Positions 34,709 through 47,389 of a stretch of DNA of 64,000 nucleotides are shown here, one piece after another. The stretch covers positions 496,001 to 560,000 of the forward strand of contig RSEE01000028.1 in the NCBI GenBank assembly GCA_003971905.1. Direction: 5' to 3'. Position 1 is the first letter of the stretch; each line of letters opens with the position of its first letter. The DNA comes from Moniliella sp. 'wahieum'. Its lineage: Eukaryota. Under the pieces are notes generated by a model. It searched no databases. It was not told where the DNA came from and worked only from the letters and a program-made list of their open reading frames with translations. Both the position numbers and the translations under genes were made by a program.

Positions 34709-37700
34709 ATGAGTGTGAACAGTGGGCGAGTCCGCCGCCAGCGCAGCTCCGCCACCCGCAGCGACAGCGGCGACGGTGCTGCTGCCCATGCCCACGCCCA
34801 TGCGCGCCGTGTCCGTGCTCTTGGCGCCCGCCGACTCCGTGCTGTCGGCAACTACCGTTTGGGACGCACCATTGGCGAAGGCTCCTTTGGTCGCGTCCGT
34901 TTGGCCCACCACGCCCTTATCCCTCATTGTGCCGTGGCGGTTAAACAGATCGCGCGTGCCCGCACTGGCGGCGAGGAGCTCGCGGCGCTCGCGCGCGAGG
35001 TGGACCTGCATGCCCGTCTGCGCCACCGCCATGTCATGCAGCTGCTGGAGGTGGTAAGGACAGAGGGCAGCATCTGGCTTGTGTGGAGCTGTGCCCTGGA
35101 GGAGAGCTGTACGACTATTTGGTGGAACAGCCCACCGGTCGGCTTGAGGAGCGCGAGGCGCGCCGCCTTCTTGGCCAGTTATGCCTGGCGGTGGCGTATG
35201 TGCATGACGCGGGCATCGTACACCGCGATATCAAGCTGGAGAATGTGCTGTTGGATGAGCGTGTGTAATGTCAAGCTGGCAGACTTTGGCTTTGTATCCC
35301 AGTTTGACGACGACGAGCTGCTTGACACACACTGCGGCACGACCGGCTATGCTGCCCCTGAGATGATCCGCGGCGAACGGTACCGCGGCCGCCAGGTGGA
35401 CATCTGGTCTCTCGGTGTCATTCTCTATGCACTACTTACTGGTGCCCTCCCGTTTGACGATGACAGCGAGGACGTAATGCGCGCCAAAATCTTACTCGGC
35501 ACATTTGACATCCCTCAGCACGTGTCTCCCGGTAAGCTGGTCGTTCCCCCCCCCTCTTACCCCTTTACGGCAGCTGACATTACGACTCCAGAGGCCGCCG
35601 ATCTACTTCGGGCCATCCTTATCCGTGACCCTTCGAAGCGGCTCACTATTCCTCAGATCCTCCAGCATCCTTGGTTCCACAAGAAGATGCCCGCCGCCCC
35701 TTCAACCCCACCCTCTCCCACTGGCCACCCCCACCTCCCGTAATGCTAGCGTCCGCAGCCTTCCTCGTAGGGCTCACTCATACTCTGCTCCTTCGGTGGA
35801 AGAGATTGGCGCAGACCACCACGCAGGCCTCCCTTCGAGCTTGGCGCCCGTTCCTGAAGCGCCTGGCATCGTGGATGATGCCCGTTCCGACACAGACGTT
35901 TCTCGATGCGATTGCCCAGTCCGATGATGGCGCTACTCCAGACGAAGTTCCTGCTGAACTACCGATACCGACGTTCCCTCTGACGACGCCGAAGTCACTC
36001 CTGCTCGTTACCCCCCCGCCCGGAAGGAGCTTGCCTGCCTCTCCGCGGGTGCTGGGCTTTGAACCGCACCTGCCCTCGATTAGCACCGATCCTTTTACGG
36101 TGCTCCCGGAAAGTGACGAAACAGACTACTATGCACTGCTCTTGGTCCAGAGTAACGGCGTAAAGGGGGTACGAGCCCACTTTAGTCGTCCGCTGGAACA
36201 GCACCTGCTCAGCACCATGTCCGTGCTCGGCTTGGATGTTGGCGCCATCGTCCGGTCGGTTCGGCGGGACGCGTGTGACTCCGCTAGTGCGCTCTGGTGG
36301 CTTCTTCTTCGTCGCGCCGAGGAAAGAGAGAGTGAAGAACGGCTTCTCCTCTCTCTTCCACAGCGGGATCCTCAACCCAAGAGCACCGGTCCCACAACCA
36401 CCTTGCCTCCCACTAGCGTCAGGACGGAATCCATTTCCCTCCCGGACGTTCAAGAACCTCGTCAGGCAGACTCGCCTCCAGCGATTATCATCGCTCCCAG
36501 CTCATCTCCAACACAAGAGACTCCCGAGCGGAGCGGTTCCTGGGCTTGGGCGCTCGGCGAAACGTTTGATCCGTCCCATCCTCATGGAGCCCATTCTCCT
36601 TTAGAAGCCACTGTATCACCGCGGTCGACAAAACCAGAGCTGAAACAGATCGCTTTACCCCCACATGGTGCTGGGGCAGATCTCCGCACAGATTCCAGCT
36701 TACCCGGCGCCGAGCGGAGCCCCTCGGCACCGCTTTTGCGTTCTCCAGGGGAAGACCGTGACGTATGGAGCCACCAGCGGACACGTACCACTCCCAACCT
36801 TACTCTGGCACGCCCGCCACCCTACCTTGCAGACGACGCAAACAACCTCGACCATCTCTCTTGGCGAGGCACCCTCGTCCCGTTCTGCCTCCCCTACCCC
36901 TCTCACTGGCCGCTTCCCCCCCAAGCGGGAGACAGCAGAAGGGCTTCACGACCCGACCGACAGCTCTGCTTCGCTCGCCTCGGGTAATGCCGATCCCAGC
37001 TCTGGTACCTTCGTGCCCGACTCGGCCGAGATGCGTGAAGGGAGAAAGGGGCGCAAGAATAAAAACCGGTTCTTGAACAGTCTGAGCACAGTTCGCACTT
37101 GGCTTGGTACCGCCGATCCTAAGCCTCTCGCTCCATTGGGGGGCAAGAAGATGGCCTCGCCGCACCGGGGAGAAGCAAGTCTGTTAACGGGATCCTCTAC
37201 ATCTCTCATACCTTCCCCGAAGAGGCGTCAACGCCATCCCCTAAGAGAAGGACAAGTTCCAAGGCCACCCTTGGCCTGAGCATGCCCCTGCGCAAACGCA
37301 AAAAGCCGTCCCCGCCGAACACGCCACTTGGCTTACCCATTGCCAACTTGGCTCATCTTCCGCCCCAAGGGCATCTTGGCGTCGGCACCAGCGATTCCTT
37401 GGCGCAGCGACGGAGCAACAGCTTGCAGCGTACTGTCAGTCGGCCACGGGGCGACCCGCGTAGATTTTCTACCACCTCGCAGTCCAGTGCGCGTCGTCTC
37501 CCTCCCGTCGCACAGCGAAGGTAGTGTCAGCCATGCGCGTCCAGCGCGGCCGGTTCGGACACGTCGTCAAAGTCGTAGTGGGAGCACGCTTGCCAGCCGT
37601 TCATCTGCGCGCCCGGGCATGGGGATGGGCTAGTGCACCGGGGACAGCTACACCGCGTCTGCGCACCCGTCCTAGTGCGTCGCGTACGTCCAGTTCTGGG

Positions 37701-38683
37701 CGGGTCAATTCGGTCTCTTCGGTCGCCTCCGCTCGACCGAGGTCGGTGCGCTCCATACGTGGCACGTCTACCTCCACCCCAGACCACGCCACCGCCGCTC
37801 CTCTTCCGAGTCGCACCATTGTTGTTCGCCGGCCCCTGCCGCGGCGACAGCGTTCCCGTGCTGACTCGGACGTGGTCAGTGACCGACTTGTGCCTCGCTC
37901 TCCCCTCCTAGACGGAAGAAGAGACACGCACCGTTCTCAGTTCTTTGCCCCCGAAAACGGTCTTCCTTCAAACCCCTCGCCGACGGGACTCTGTTTCGGA
38001 CGAAGCGCCGCCCCGGAGAGAAGTGGCGACGTGGCTGCAAAGTTGGGGCAACCCACCCCTGATTGGGGGGGCGGGTGGATTCGGGCGTGTCGTCTTCGAT
38101 GGCACAGAGAAAGGAGCTGCTGGCGTTGCTTCAGCCCAAGTTACGGGACGTGTTTTCTGCCCAAAGGACGAGGACGAAGATTGGGTGGACGAGGAAGAGG
38201 ACGAGGAACCTTTCCCTGGGTATGGGCCAGCAGCCGCGGGCTTGCGCCCTATCGTCCCCCCCGAGGTGACGACGCGGTGGCGTTACAAGCAGCCTCGAGG
38301 CAAGCCCGACTCGCCGTACGCAAGCCGGATGACGGTGCATGCGCCCTCGGTTGTCGCGCCCCCTGAGGATGGCGTGGCGGCACAGTTGGAAACAGTGACC
38401 CATCACCTTGCTCGCTCGCCTCGCACCCGCGCCTGCAGGCCACCCTCACCCCATCCCACCCCGCCCCGCCCCCGGAATCAACGCCACGGTTCCCTCGGGC
38501 CCACGGATCCGCACTGCGGCTGCCCCGGCCTTTACGGATGTGCCGATCGAAGAGGAAGAAGAGGAGGATGAGTGGAGTTGCAACGTTTCTTCTGGGAACC
38601 CTTTTGAGCGTTATGGATGCGAACGTATACCCTTTTGTTTTCTTGTGGGGGGGGTAGGCGGTGGAGTAGGCCAAGGCCGATAG
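34709..38683 (+). CDS. CAMK/CAMKL-family Ser/Thr protein kinase with long low-complexity C-terminus
   Basis: VGNYRLGRTIGEGSFGRV, AVKQI, HRDIKLENVLL, KLADFGF, THCGTTGYAAPE, DIWSLGVILYALLTGALPFDDD and a later segment SVRRDACDSASALWWLL. Intron about 35532-35591; 3' end ambiguous (38571 or 38683). Confidence 0.9.
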
Positions 38684-38864
38684 ATCGTCCGGACGAACCC
38701 CAGGGCTCGCTCCACCATCTCCGAGCGCCAGCGTTATGAATTGGGCACCTGGCCAACATCAGGCCTTAGACAAGGCACAGCAGGCATGCGCACTGAGTAT
38801 GTTCCCTCGTCTAGCCGCAAACGACTGCAACGAACGCAATGCGGTTCGCCAGCATCAAAAAAGA

Positions 38865-38948
38865 CGCCCCACGTGGGACTCGAACCCACAACCGTGAGAT
38901 GGACTCAATAATAAGAGTCTCAAATTCTACCGATTGAAATAGCGAGGC
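38865..38948 (-). tRNA. tRNA-Lys(CTT) with 11-nt intron
   Basis: Minus strand reads GCCTCGC TA TTTC AATCGGTA GAAT T TGAGA CT-CTT-A[TTATTGAGTCC]A TCTCA CGGTT GTGGG TTCGAGT CCCAC GTGGGGC G, with an oligo-T terminator just downstream. Confidence 0.92.
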
Positions 38949-40875
38949 AATGTGGTGAGGTCAGTTGTTGTTGCATTCGCTCCTACCTGTGATGCGTGTG
39001 ATGCATGATAGCGCAGCCAGTAATGTTCAGTGTTCAGTTGCTTATGCAATGCGTGTTCGCATCCCGGTTGACTCCGTTAGACTGTGGCGTCTGCCTTGGA
39101 TGCGTGCTGTGGGGACTGGGCTGCGTCGGGGCGGCAACGACTGCACTGCAGCGGTGCAGCGGGGCATGCTGCCAGTTTCAAAACTGATGCGGGAGCGCCG
39201 ATAACGTCGATTGCGCGTAACGCCGTGCGTGTTGGATTTATTTGCAGGCGCATCGCCCTTCTGATACGCGCTTTTGCGTCGACTCTGTTGGATGCACTGC
39301 CCACAGCCTCGTGTCCGATAAGGCCCTAGGCTCCTAAGGCTCAAGGCCCCTAAGGCCTAAGAGGCAGCCCGGCTGGCTGGTCGTGTGAGCCATGCACGCG
39401 ATGAGCAGCCCCATCTGCAGCTCTTTTCAGGCCATTCAGCCCCGCCACCACCTTCTTTCATCCCTCTTGTTGTGCCATGGCCACCTGGCAGCGACACGCC
39501 GCTACCGTTGTTGACACGACCCAGATGGGCGTCCTTAATCTCCTGGGTATGTCTCTTTGTTCCATGTCTCTTGCCCCTCTGTTGTGGCAACCGCTGCGCG
39601 GCGTTCAACATGGAACGCACGCATGCAACGCGGCATATACCTACCGAAAACCCAGTGAGGTGTCTTTTTGCTGACCACCTAGCTGATGTCCCCATTGGTT
39701 TGATCAGGCGTCCTGCTGACGATTATCGGGCTTTTGCCTGCATTGCTCCTTACCCTTCCCGTGATCCATCCCTTTAACTGGGTCGCTACGCTCCAGCCTA
39801 CTGGCTGGCCAACTGTACGTCACCGCCATCCGTTTCTCTTCCGCCCTTCTTGCGTAGTGATACTATGCATGTCCACTTCTGTATCACCCATTGACCTTCT
39901 TCTTCCACGGATCCTCTGTCTGGCTGGCCACCGCACCGCTTCGCGCAGTCTATGACGATGCGCACTACTACCTCGAATGGGCCGAGACACCATTGTCAGG
40001 CAAGATCTGGGATCTGGAACCCCTCGTCGCGGTGCCCATCCGAACCGAGACGCAAGACGCCGGAGGGGACGGGAAATGGCATGGCATGGAGACGCTCTAC
40101 GGCCAGGCGGCTGGTACGGAGAAGCACCGGCGCCGTCTCGGTGGGGAGGTCGGCGGTGGGAGAGCTAGGAGGCTTGCGCCTGGGACGGAGTGAGGGGGGG
40201 GGTGTTTCTATTTCCTGACTGATGTATATATGAGTTGATATGACTTGTGAAAGAAACCATGGTGTTTGGGGATGACCTCGACGAGCGAAGCGCGTGTCGG
40301 CATGCCACGAGCCACAATACTGAGGCCGGACAATGATTCAACCATACAGACCCCGCAGTTTGGACCCCCCTGGCAAACAGTCCTCTTCCTCTGTGGCACG
40401 CCCGTGAACGTCCCTATAATACCGCTCGTACGACCAAACCGAGACCAGAGAGGTAGTGCAAAGGCAGTGGCTTTTCATCACCTCCCCTCCATCCGCCATC
40501 AGCTGTACATAACAAGAGGTCAACTGCACCGTCTCCCGCTGATCTGATCCGCCTGGGCACTCTTGCTGTTCCAACACCTTAATCTATTCGATCGAGGCGG
40601 GAAAGTGCTCGCTGAAATGAATCTGAAGCGCTCACCGGCACCCACGACAGCAAAAGCAAATACCACCAGACAGCGCTAGGGTTGCGTGCCCCCGGCAACC
40701 GCCGAGTGCGGCCGCTGTTGGCCTCGCCGCTGCTCCGCAGGCTTCGTCTCGCTAGCCTCCACGTGGCTGCCACCACACAGCCCAGCCGTGCTGACCCTCA
40801 CGCCGAAAGAGCATCCAGCCGAGCATCGCCAGCATCGCCGCCAGCATCGCCACTGCATCGTTTGCATCGCCCTCC

Positions 40876-43800
40876 ATGCCCACGGCGCATGCCGAGCATC
40901 TCGTCAACGCAGAGGCCACCGCCGTCAGTTCGGCCCTGCGTCGCGCGGCGCGAGCACGCGAGCGCGGCTACTTTGCGTCTGCTCCCGCCACATCCTATGC
41001 TGCCCTCCTCGCCCACACCGATACCTCGGCCCTCGCCCTGACTGCCTTCGCGACGGAAGCTGCCCAGCGAACCCTTTTCAACTCCCTTGCCCTCCCGCCA
41101 GAAGCAGCGGGACCGACGCTGCCCTTCTCAGGTTCGGCCTCGGACGAGCTAACTGCCCCCCCCGGCAACCCCAGCCACGGCCGCCGTCTGTCCTCCCTGG
41201 CCGCTGAAAAACCTGTCCCCGCCCCGGTGGCAGGTGAGGAGCTGGGCGTCGTTTCCTCTACAGTTCAGAATGCGCTCCTTGCCCCGTCTGTGCCCGCGCC
41301 CGCACCCGCGCCTCTGTCTGTGCGCATTCCCGCCCCCAGCGGCGGGTTGGAAACGATCGCTGAGGACGACTCCGAGACGGGTCTGCTGGCCTCGTTTGTC
41401 ATACTCAAAGCACAGCTACGTGAGGTGGGCGGGGTGCATGCGCTTCCTCATCCGTTGCTTGTCGCACCCTTTGTCAAGGCGGTCATTTCGCCTCGCACAA
41501 GCGGATCGGTGACGTCGGCAGCGCTGCAAGCGCTGGACCGCATGTTGCTTAATGGCATCATCCCTGCCACGGGCGATGCTTCGCACCAAGCTGCGGTGGC
41601 GGACATTGCTCATGCCGTGACCCACTGTCGGTTTGAAGCGGGGGACCCAGTGGTGGACGAGCTGGTGCTGCTTCGCATCTTGTCGCTGATGCGCCAACTT
41701 GTTTGTCCCTCTGACTCGCCCATCTCTCCGGCATGGACGCTCTCGAACGAATCAGTGTGCGAGATTGTCGAGACAGCACTTAGCATGGCTTCTCAAACCC
41801 GCTTGAGTGGTACGTTCTGTGTTCTATGTTACCTTTTCTGTGTTCTTTGCTTCGCCCCCCATGACGTCGGACTGCTGACCCTCCTTCGTGTCCCTAGACG
41901 TCTTGCGCCGCTCCGCGAACCAAACCCTGTGCCAACTCGTCCGCACTCTTTTCGACAAACTCGATCATTTCCCCCCCCAACGTCAATCGTCCAGTTCATC
42001 CGCTTCGTCCGCCGACGTGCCACCTTCGAGCGAACCAGCGGCCCTTTCGGAACACGACATTAAAAAAATGCATCCAATGACCCTGCCCGACCCTAAGAGC
42101 CACGAAGTTCCAAGTGCGGGCTTGGTGGCCAAGGAGACCCGACCCGATTCCGAATCAGGTTCCGAGCCAAGGGGGGAGGGGAGGTCAAATCCGCTCCCGA
42201 GCCGGATCAACCGAACCCACCCCAAGCCGAGGCGTCGGCACCCGTACCCGCGTTTCCCGCGCCGACGCCCGTGCCCGTGCCCGTGCCCGAGTCGGAACCG
42301 GAGCCGGAGGCGGAGCTGGTGTCGCTTCCTATGTTAGTGCCAAGCTACGACGTAGCAGCGCTTTCGGAAATCCTGCGTGTCATTCTTGCGCTTCTGGATC
42401 CACGGGCCGGGGAGACAACGGATGCAATGCGCTTTTTGGGGATGAACGTGATGATGGCGCTGGTCGAGGCCCATGGTACCTCTCTTTTGGCTCGGTCCGA
42501 CGTGCTGCGAAGCCAAATGCAGGACACGGCATGCAACTATCTCTTCCAACTGGCCCAATGCGACAATCCCAACCTTGTCACCTATTCGCTTCGCACGATC
42601 CAGACCTTGTTTGACTCGGGGGCTATTGGCTCAAGTTCCAACTCGAGTTCTTCCTCAAGGAGATTTTTGTCAAGTTAGCACCTACATTTCCCCTTGCCTT
42701 GGAACCTTGGAAGGAACATGGAAGTACCGACCCACTTCTTTCCTTCCCGCACTCGTCGCCTGCTACTCCAACGCCCGGAACGGCTCCACCGCCTCCGCCT
42801 CCGCCGCCACAGCCCAAGGCAAGTGGCATGGCGCCTCTGACGGGCGAGCTGAGAGAGTTGTATGTCGAGGCGCTCTGCAGCCTTCTTGCCAGTCTTTCCC
42901 GTGGCGGCGGAGACGCCTATGTGACGCTCTGGGCCAATTACGATGTGGAGATGGATGCAGACAATGTGGTGGAAGAGCTGGTCCGATTCTGGTCCCGTGC
43001 TGTCTTTGCCCAACCGCCTGCTTCAGCCCAGACCCTGGCCAGCTCGAGTCCGGGCCAAGACGGGCTGCAGATGGGGCGCTGGATGCGATTATTGGGCTGG
43101 TCCAGTCCCTGTATGCCCGGCAAAAGGACCCGCTTCTCCAGCCTCCTGAGCTCTGGTCCCCCTCCCTCTTACCCCCGGCTCAATTGGCCGAGAAGAAGGA
43201 GCGCAAGGCCACCCTGCTCGCCGGGGCAGACGAGTTCAACCGCAAACCCAAAAACGGCATTGCCTTCTTCCGGTCGCATGGGATGCTGCCCCCTGCCCCG
43301 CCCGTGGAGGCGACCGACGAGACGGCCAAAAGCGCTGACGACTTGGCCGTCGCCCGCTTTCTGCGATCTTGTCCTCGCCTCGACAAGAAGGGCTTGGGCG
43401 AGTATCTGGCGGCGCCGAGCAACACGGGCATCCTGGAAAAGTTTATTGGTTTGTTTGATTTTGGGGGGTGCAACGTGGCGGATGGGTTGCGCACGCTGCT
43501 CGAATCGTTTCGGTTGCCCGGCGAGGCGCAACAAATTTCGCGCATCACCGAGACGTTTGCGTCGCATTATTTTTTTGGTCCGGCGGGCATTGCTTCGTCC
43601 GATGGGGTGTATGTGCTGGCGTTTTCGGTGATTATGCTCAACACGGATCAGCATAATCCGCAGGCGGCCAAACGACGAATGCAGTTGGACGATTATCGCA
43701 AGAACCTACGAGGCGTCAACGACGGCCAAGATTTCGACCAAGATTTGCTCGCGGAATTGTACGAGTCGATCAAGCAAAAGGAAATCATCATGCCCGAGGA

Positions 43801-46446
43801 GCATGCCGGTACCGCGGGGTTTGACTATGCATGGAAGGAACTGGTGACACGCATGCGCGCATCCAACGTGCCTTGCCTTGTCCCGTGTTGCACCAATGTG
43901 TTTGACCGCACGCTGTTTCAACGGTCTTGGCGGCCCCTCGTCGCTGCTCTGGCCCATGGCTTCTCTACCTTCCGTGATGAACAGTTGTTGGAACGTGCGA
44001 TTGCTGGCTTCCGGCAATGCGCTGCGCTCGCTTCGCAGTTTGGCATGGTGGAGCTGTTTGACTTTATGGCCCAGACCTTGGCGGACGCGACGGGCTTGCT
44101 GGACGACCAACTGTGTGTGGGGGTGAACAATGCGCGTGTGGAGCGGCAAGCGCCTGCCTCCCCAACCAAGGAGAACCAACCATTGGACCCAGGAGCCGTC
44201 GCCTCCTTCGATCCAGCCGCGGAGCCAGACGTGCTGGTCGTTGGTCCGTTGAGTGTCGGATTCGGCTTGAATTTCAAAGGCCAAATGGCGGCGGTGGTGC
44301 TGTTCAACATTGCCAATGGAAATGGCCATTCGATCCAGACTTCGTGGCCGGCGATCTTGCGGATTGCCAAAAACCTCTTTGCGCATTCGCTCGTGCCGCC
44401 CGAGCTGAGCAGCATGTTTCTGTTTGGCAAGCCGGCCGAAGACATTCCTCTGAGGCCCAAACGTCTGGCGCATGTGCCCTCCCCCATTCCCGCGGACCAG
44501 GCGGCCTTTTCTCTACCCTGTCATCGTATCTGTTGGCGGGTGGACCGGGCGGGGGCACCGCCCGCTGGGTGGCTACGAGACCACCTACCCCCCTCCGCCC
44601 GATGTCACAGCCGAAGACGTAGAGGCGACCCTGTGCACGCTCGATTGCCTCGCCTCGTGTCGGATTCAGGACATTTTTGCCCAGATGGCCGAGCTGGAAG
44701 GGGAACAGTTGGTCCAAGCTGTCGCCTTGGCACGCGAGCTGGCCGATTGGTACACCCTCGACCGCCTCGCTGCGGCCAAACACGCCTTGGGCCCCGACTC
44801 GGGAAGTTCTACCCCGCGTCGCTCGGCCGATGTGGGCACAACTGGCTCAGCAGGCAGCACCCCTCGTTCTACACCGCGCCCGGTCGTTCAACTGGTCCGC
44901 GGTCAGCTGCCCTACGACCAGCGTCCATGTTCTTGGAGGAACGTCTGACGGAGCTCGTCGTTGCCGGACGCGCGCCCACACAGCCGACTTGGCGCCTGGC
45001 AATGGGCCACTTTGTTGCCATCCTCCCGACGCGCCGCACGCTTCCATCCTTTGCTGGTAGAACGAGCAGTGGTGAGCGTGCTTCGCCTCTTGGCTGTCGC
45101 ACCCATCACACCCGAGCCGGAACCAGAGCCAAAGCCAGAGCCAGAGTCAGAGCCAGCCACGCTGCGCCCCGCACCTCCTTTGTCCGCACCAGCCGCTGAA
45201 CCCGTGGTGGTGACCCCGGCACCTGGGGCGGTACGGGACGAAGCGCTGGTAGCGCTGGACGCACTGCGTGCGATCCCACCGGATTTGGTGCCGGCCATGG
45301 CAGAGCAGCTGATCCTAGGGCTCGGAGCGCTGCTGGCCAGCCGATCCCCACCTCCTCGTCCACCCTACCGAGTGGAACGTGGTGCTGACCCTAGTGGCCC
45401 AGTGTGGCTTTGCGCGCAACGCGGCGGCAAGCGAGCGAGGCGCTGGACGTGGTGCGCGACCTGGCCCTGGGCACGCCCGAACGACCGTCGCTCCTCTCGT
45501 TGGCCAACTACGCAAAGGTTAGACCTGCTGCGGGAATTCGCACTGGCATCCGACGTGGTCGCCGTCGCCCGCGCCCACGCCCACCCGGGCAAACAACCGG
45601 CCCGGCGCACCTTGACGGAGAAAAAGGAGCAGGCCGAGTACGACGCTGCGGCGCAACAGCGCGGCCTAGCTGCGTTGGCTGTCCTAGGCGAACTGCGACA
45701 TGGCGTTCCGCGTCTCCTGGCCACGTTGTCGCCGCCGCCGCCGCGGGCTGGGGCGACCGAGACGTCAGAGGCTGATGCTGAGACTGAGGCTGACTCGCAC
45801 GCTCCCCGCCAGGGACAGGGGGAGGAGTGGGGCGCAATGTGGAGCCGACTATGGATTGGTCTACTGGACGCGCTGGCACAGCAGGTGGTGAATGGTTACC
45901 GTGCCGCGCGGCACGAAGCGATGGGGCTGCTACAAAAAGTGTTGCTGGCGCCCGAGCTGCTGGGCTCGCTGCCGCCCGCGGCGGATGGCGGAGCGGCGGT
46001 GGCAAGCGTGCTGCATGCGGCCGTGTTCCCTGCGCTGGACCTGGCGCTGAGCCCGGGCGCGGCGCACGTCGACGCTGCAGGCGGGCTGGGGGAGACGCAG
46101 GAGAGACTGGGAGCCATGCTGGGCAAGGTGCTGCTGGCGTACCTGCCGACGCTGGCGGCGGGCGAGGAACAGGCCTGGTGCGGGTGTGGGAACCGTCGCT
46201 GGACCTGCTGCGACGGATGCTGGTTGCGGCGCGGCGGACGCGCGGCGCAGCGGGGGCGAGGCAGTGGCCGAGACGGTGAAGAACGTGGTGCTGGTGGTGC
46301 ATGCGGCGGGGCTGCTGGAGCCCGCGGCGGAGAGGCAGACGCCGCTGCAGCAGGCGGTGTGGGCAGCCGCGGCGCCGCGCCTGGCCTCGGCGCTGCCGGG
46401 GTTGCTGGAGGAGGTGTGTGGGGGGCAGCGGGGGGCGAGTGCATAG
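40876..46446 (+). CDS. GEA2: Large Sec7-domain ARF guanine-nucleotide exchange factor (GBF1/Gea1/2)
   Basis: DCB region AVTHCRFEA..DELVLLRIL, HUS box LWANYD, Sec7 motifs FNRKPKNGI, FRLPGEAQQISRI and VLAFSVIMLNTDQHNPQ, plus EIIMPEEH..GFDYAWKEL and FGLNFKGQMAAVVLF. Intron about 41810-41898. Confidence 0.95.
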
Positions 46447-47389
46447 TGGCGCGCAGCACCAGCATGCATGCTGCATGCGCCCCGAGAACAATGCAGCTGC
46501 AGGGAGGCAATACAATCCACGCTCCATTACACCCATGAATCATGCATGCATGCTCGCTTAGCGCGTAGCCGCTGGGCTGCTGGCTGGCGTGGTGGGGGCA
46601 GGGCAGGACACGGGTGTGCTGTCGGGTGGGCGATTGCGTGTGGGCGCGGCAGGTACATACAGGAGTGAGACGCAGGAGACCCTGCCAGCCCTGGCAGCTG
46701 GGTACAGGTTTGGCGGACGGCGCACTGGCCTGGCCGGTGGGCAGGCAGTGGCTGGCAGGGATGCAGAGCGCCGATGGCCGATGGGCTGGCGGCATCGGGC
46801 AAGCGCTGGTCGCCTGCCCGGCTGCAGGATGCCACAGGCGGCGGCAGCTGGGCTGAGTGCGCCGGCTGAGCCTGGCTGGGCACGGGCCGTGGGGAGTGCA
46901 GTGCCTGGCATCGACGGTGCATGCAGTCGGCGGGCAGGCAGCAGCGGGCGGGGCAGCGTCTGCGATCGGAGCACGCAGCGCATCTGCCGCACCGCACAGG
47001 CCAGGCCGCAGACAGGCGCAGCAGGCTGCACAGACAGCATCTCGGCTGGCCTGCCGGAGCAGCCAGGCAGCGTACGCGAGCCCAGCGGAGCGCTCTTCGC
47101 TGCCCTGCGTGGGCCCGCACCGCTGAGCGTCTCCGATCGCCAGCAGCAAGCTTTCGTCAAACCGCACGCGTGCGTTGGCCTGCTGGTTGCTGGTGCGCGT
47201 TGCGGTGCAGCCAGAACAGCAGCCACTCCCGCAGCCAGCCAGTACGCAGTCCACTTGCCAGCTACGTGCGTCCTATACTTGCACTGCCCCCCCTGCGCCT
47301 GCCACACCCAATATACCTGCCCTCCACGCACCGCCCTCCTCCTTCGCCCCTCCTTCCCCTCCTCTCCCTCCTTCTCCCCACCGTTCCCC

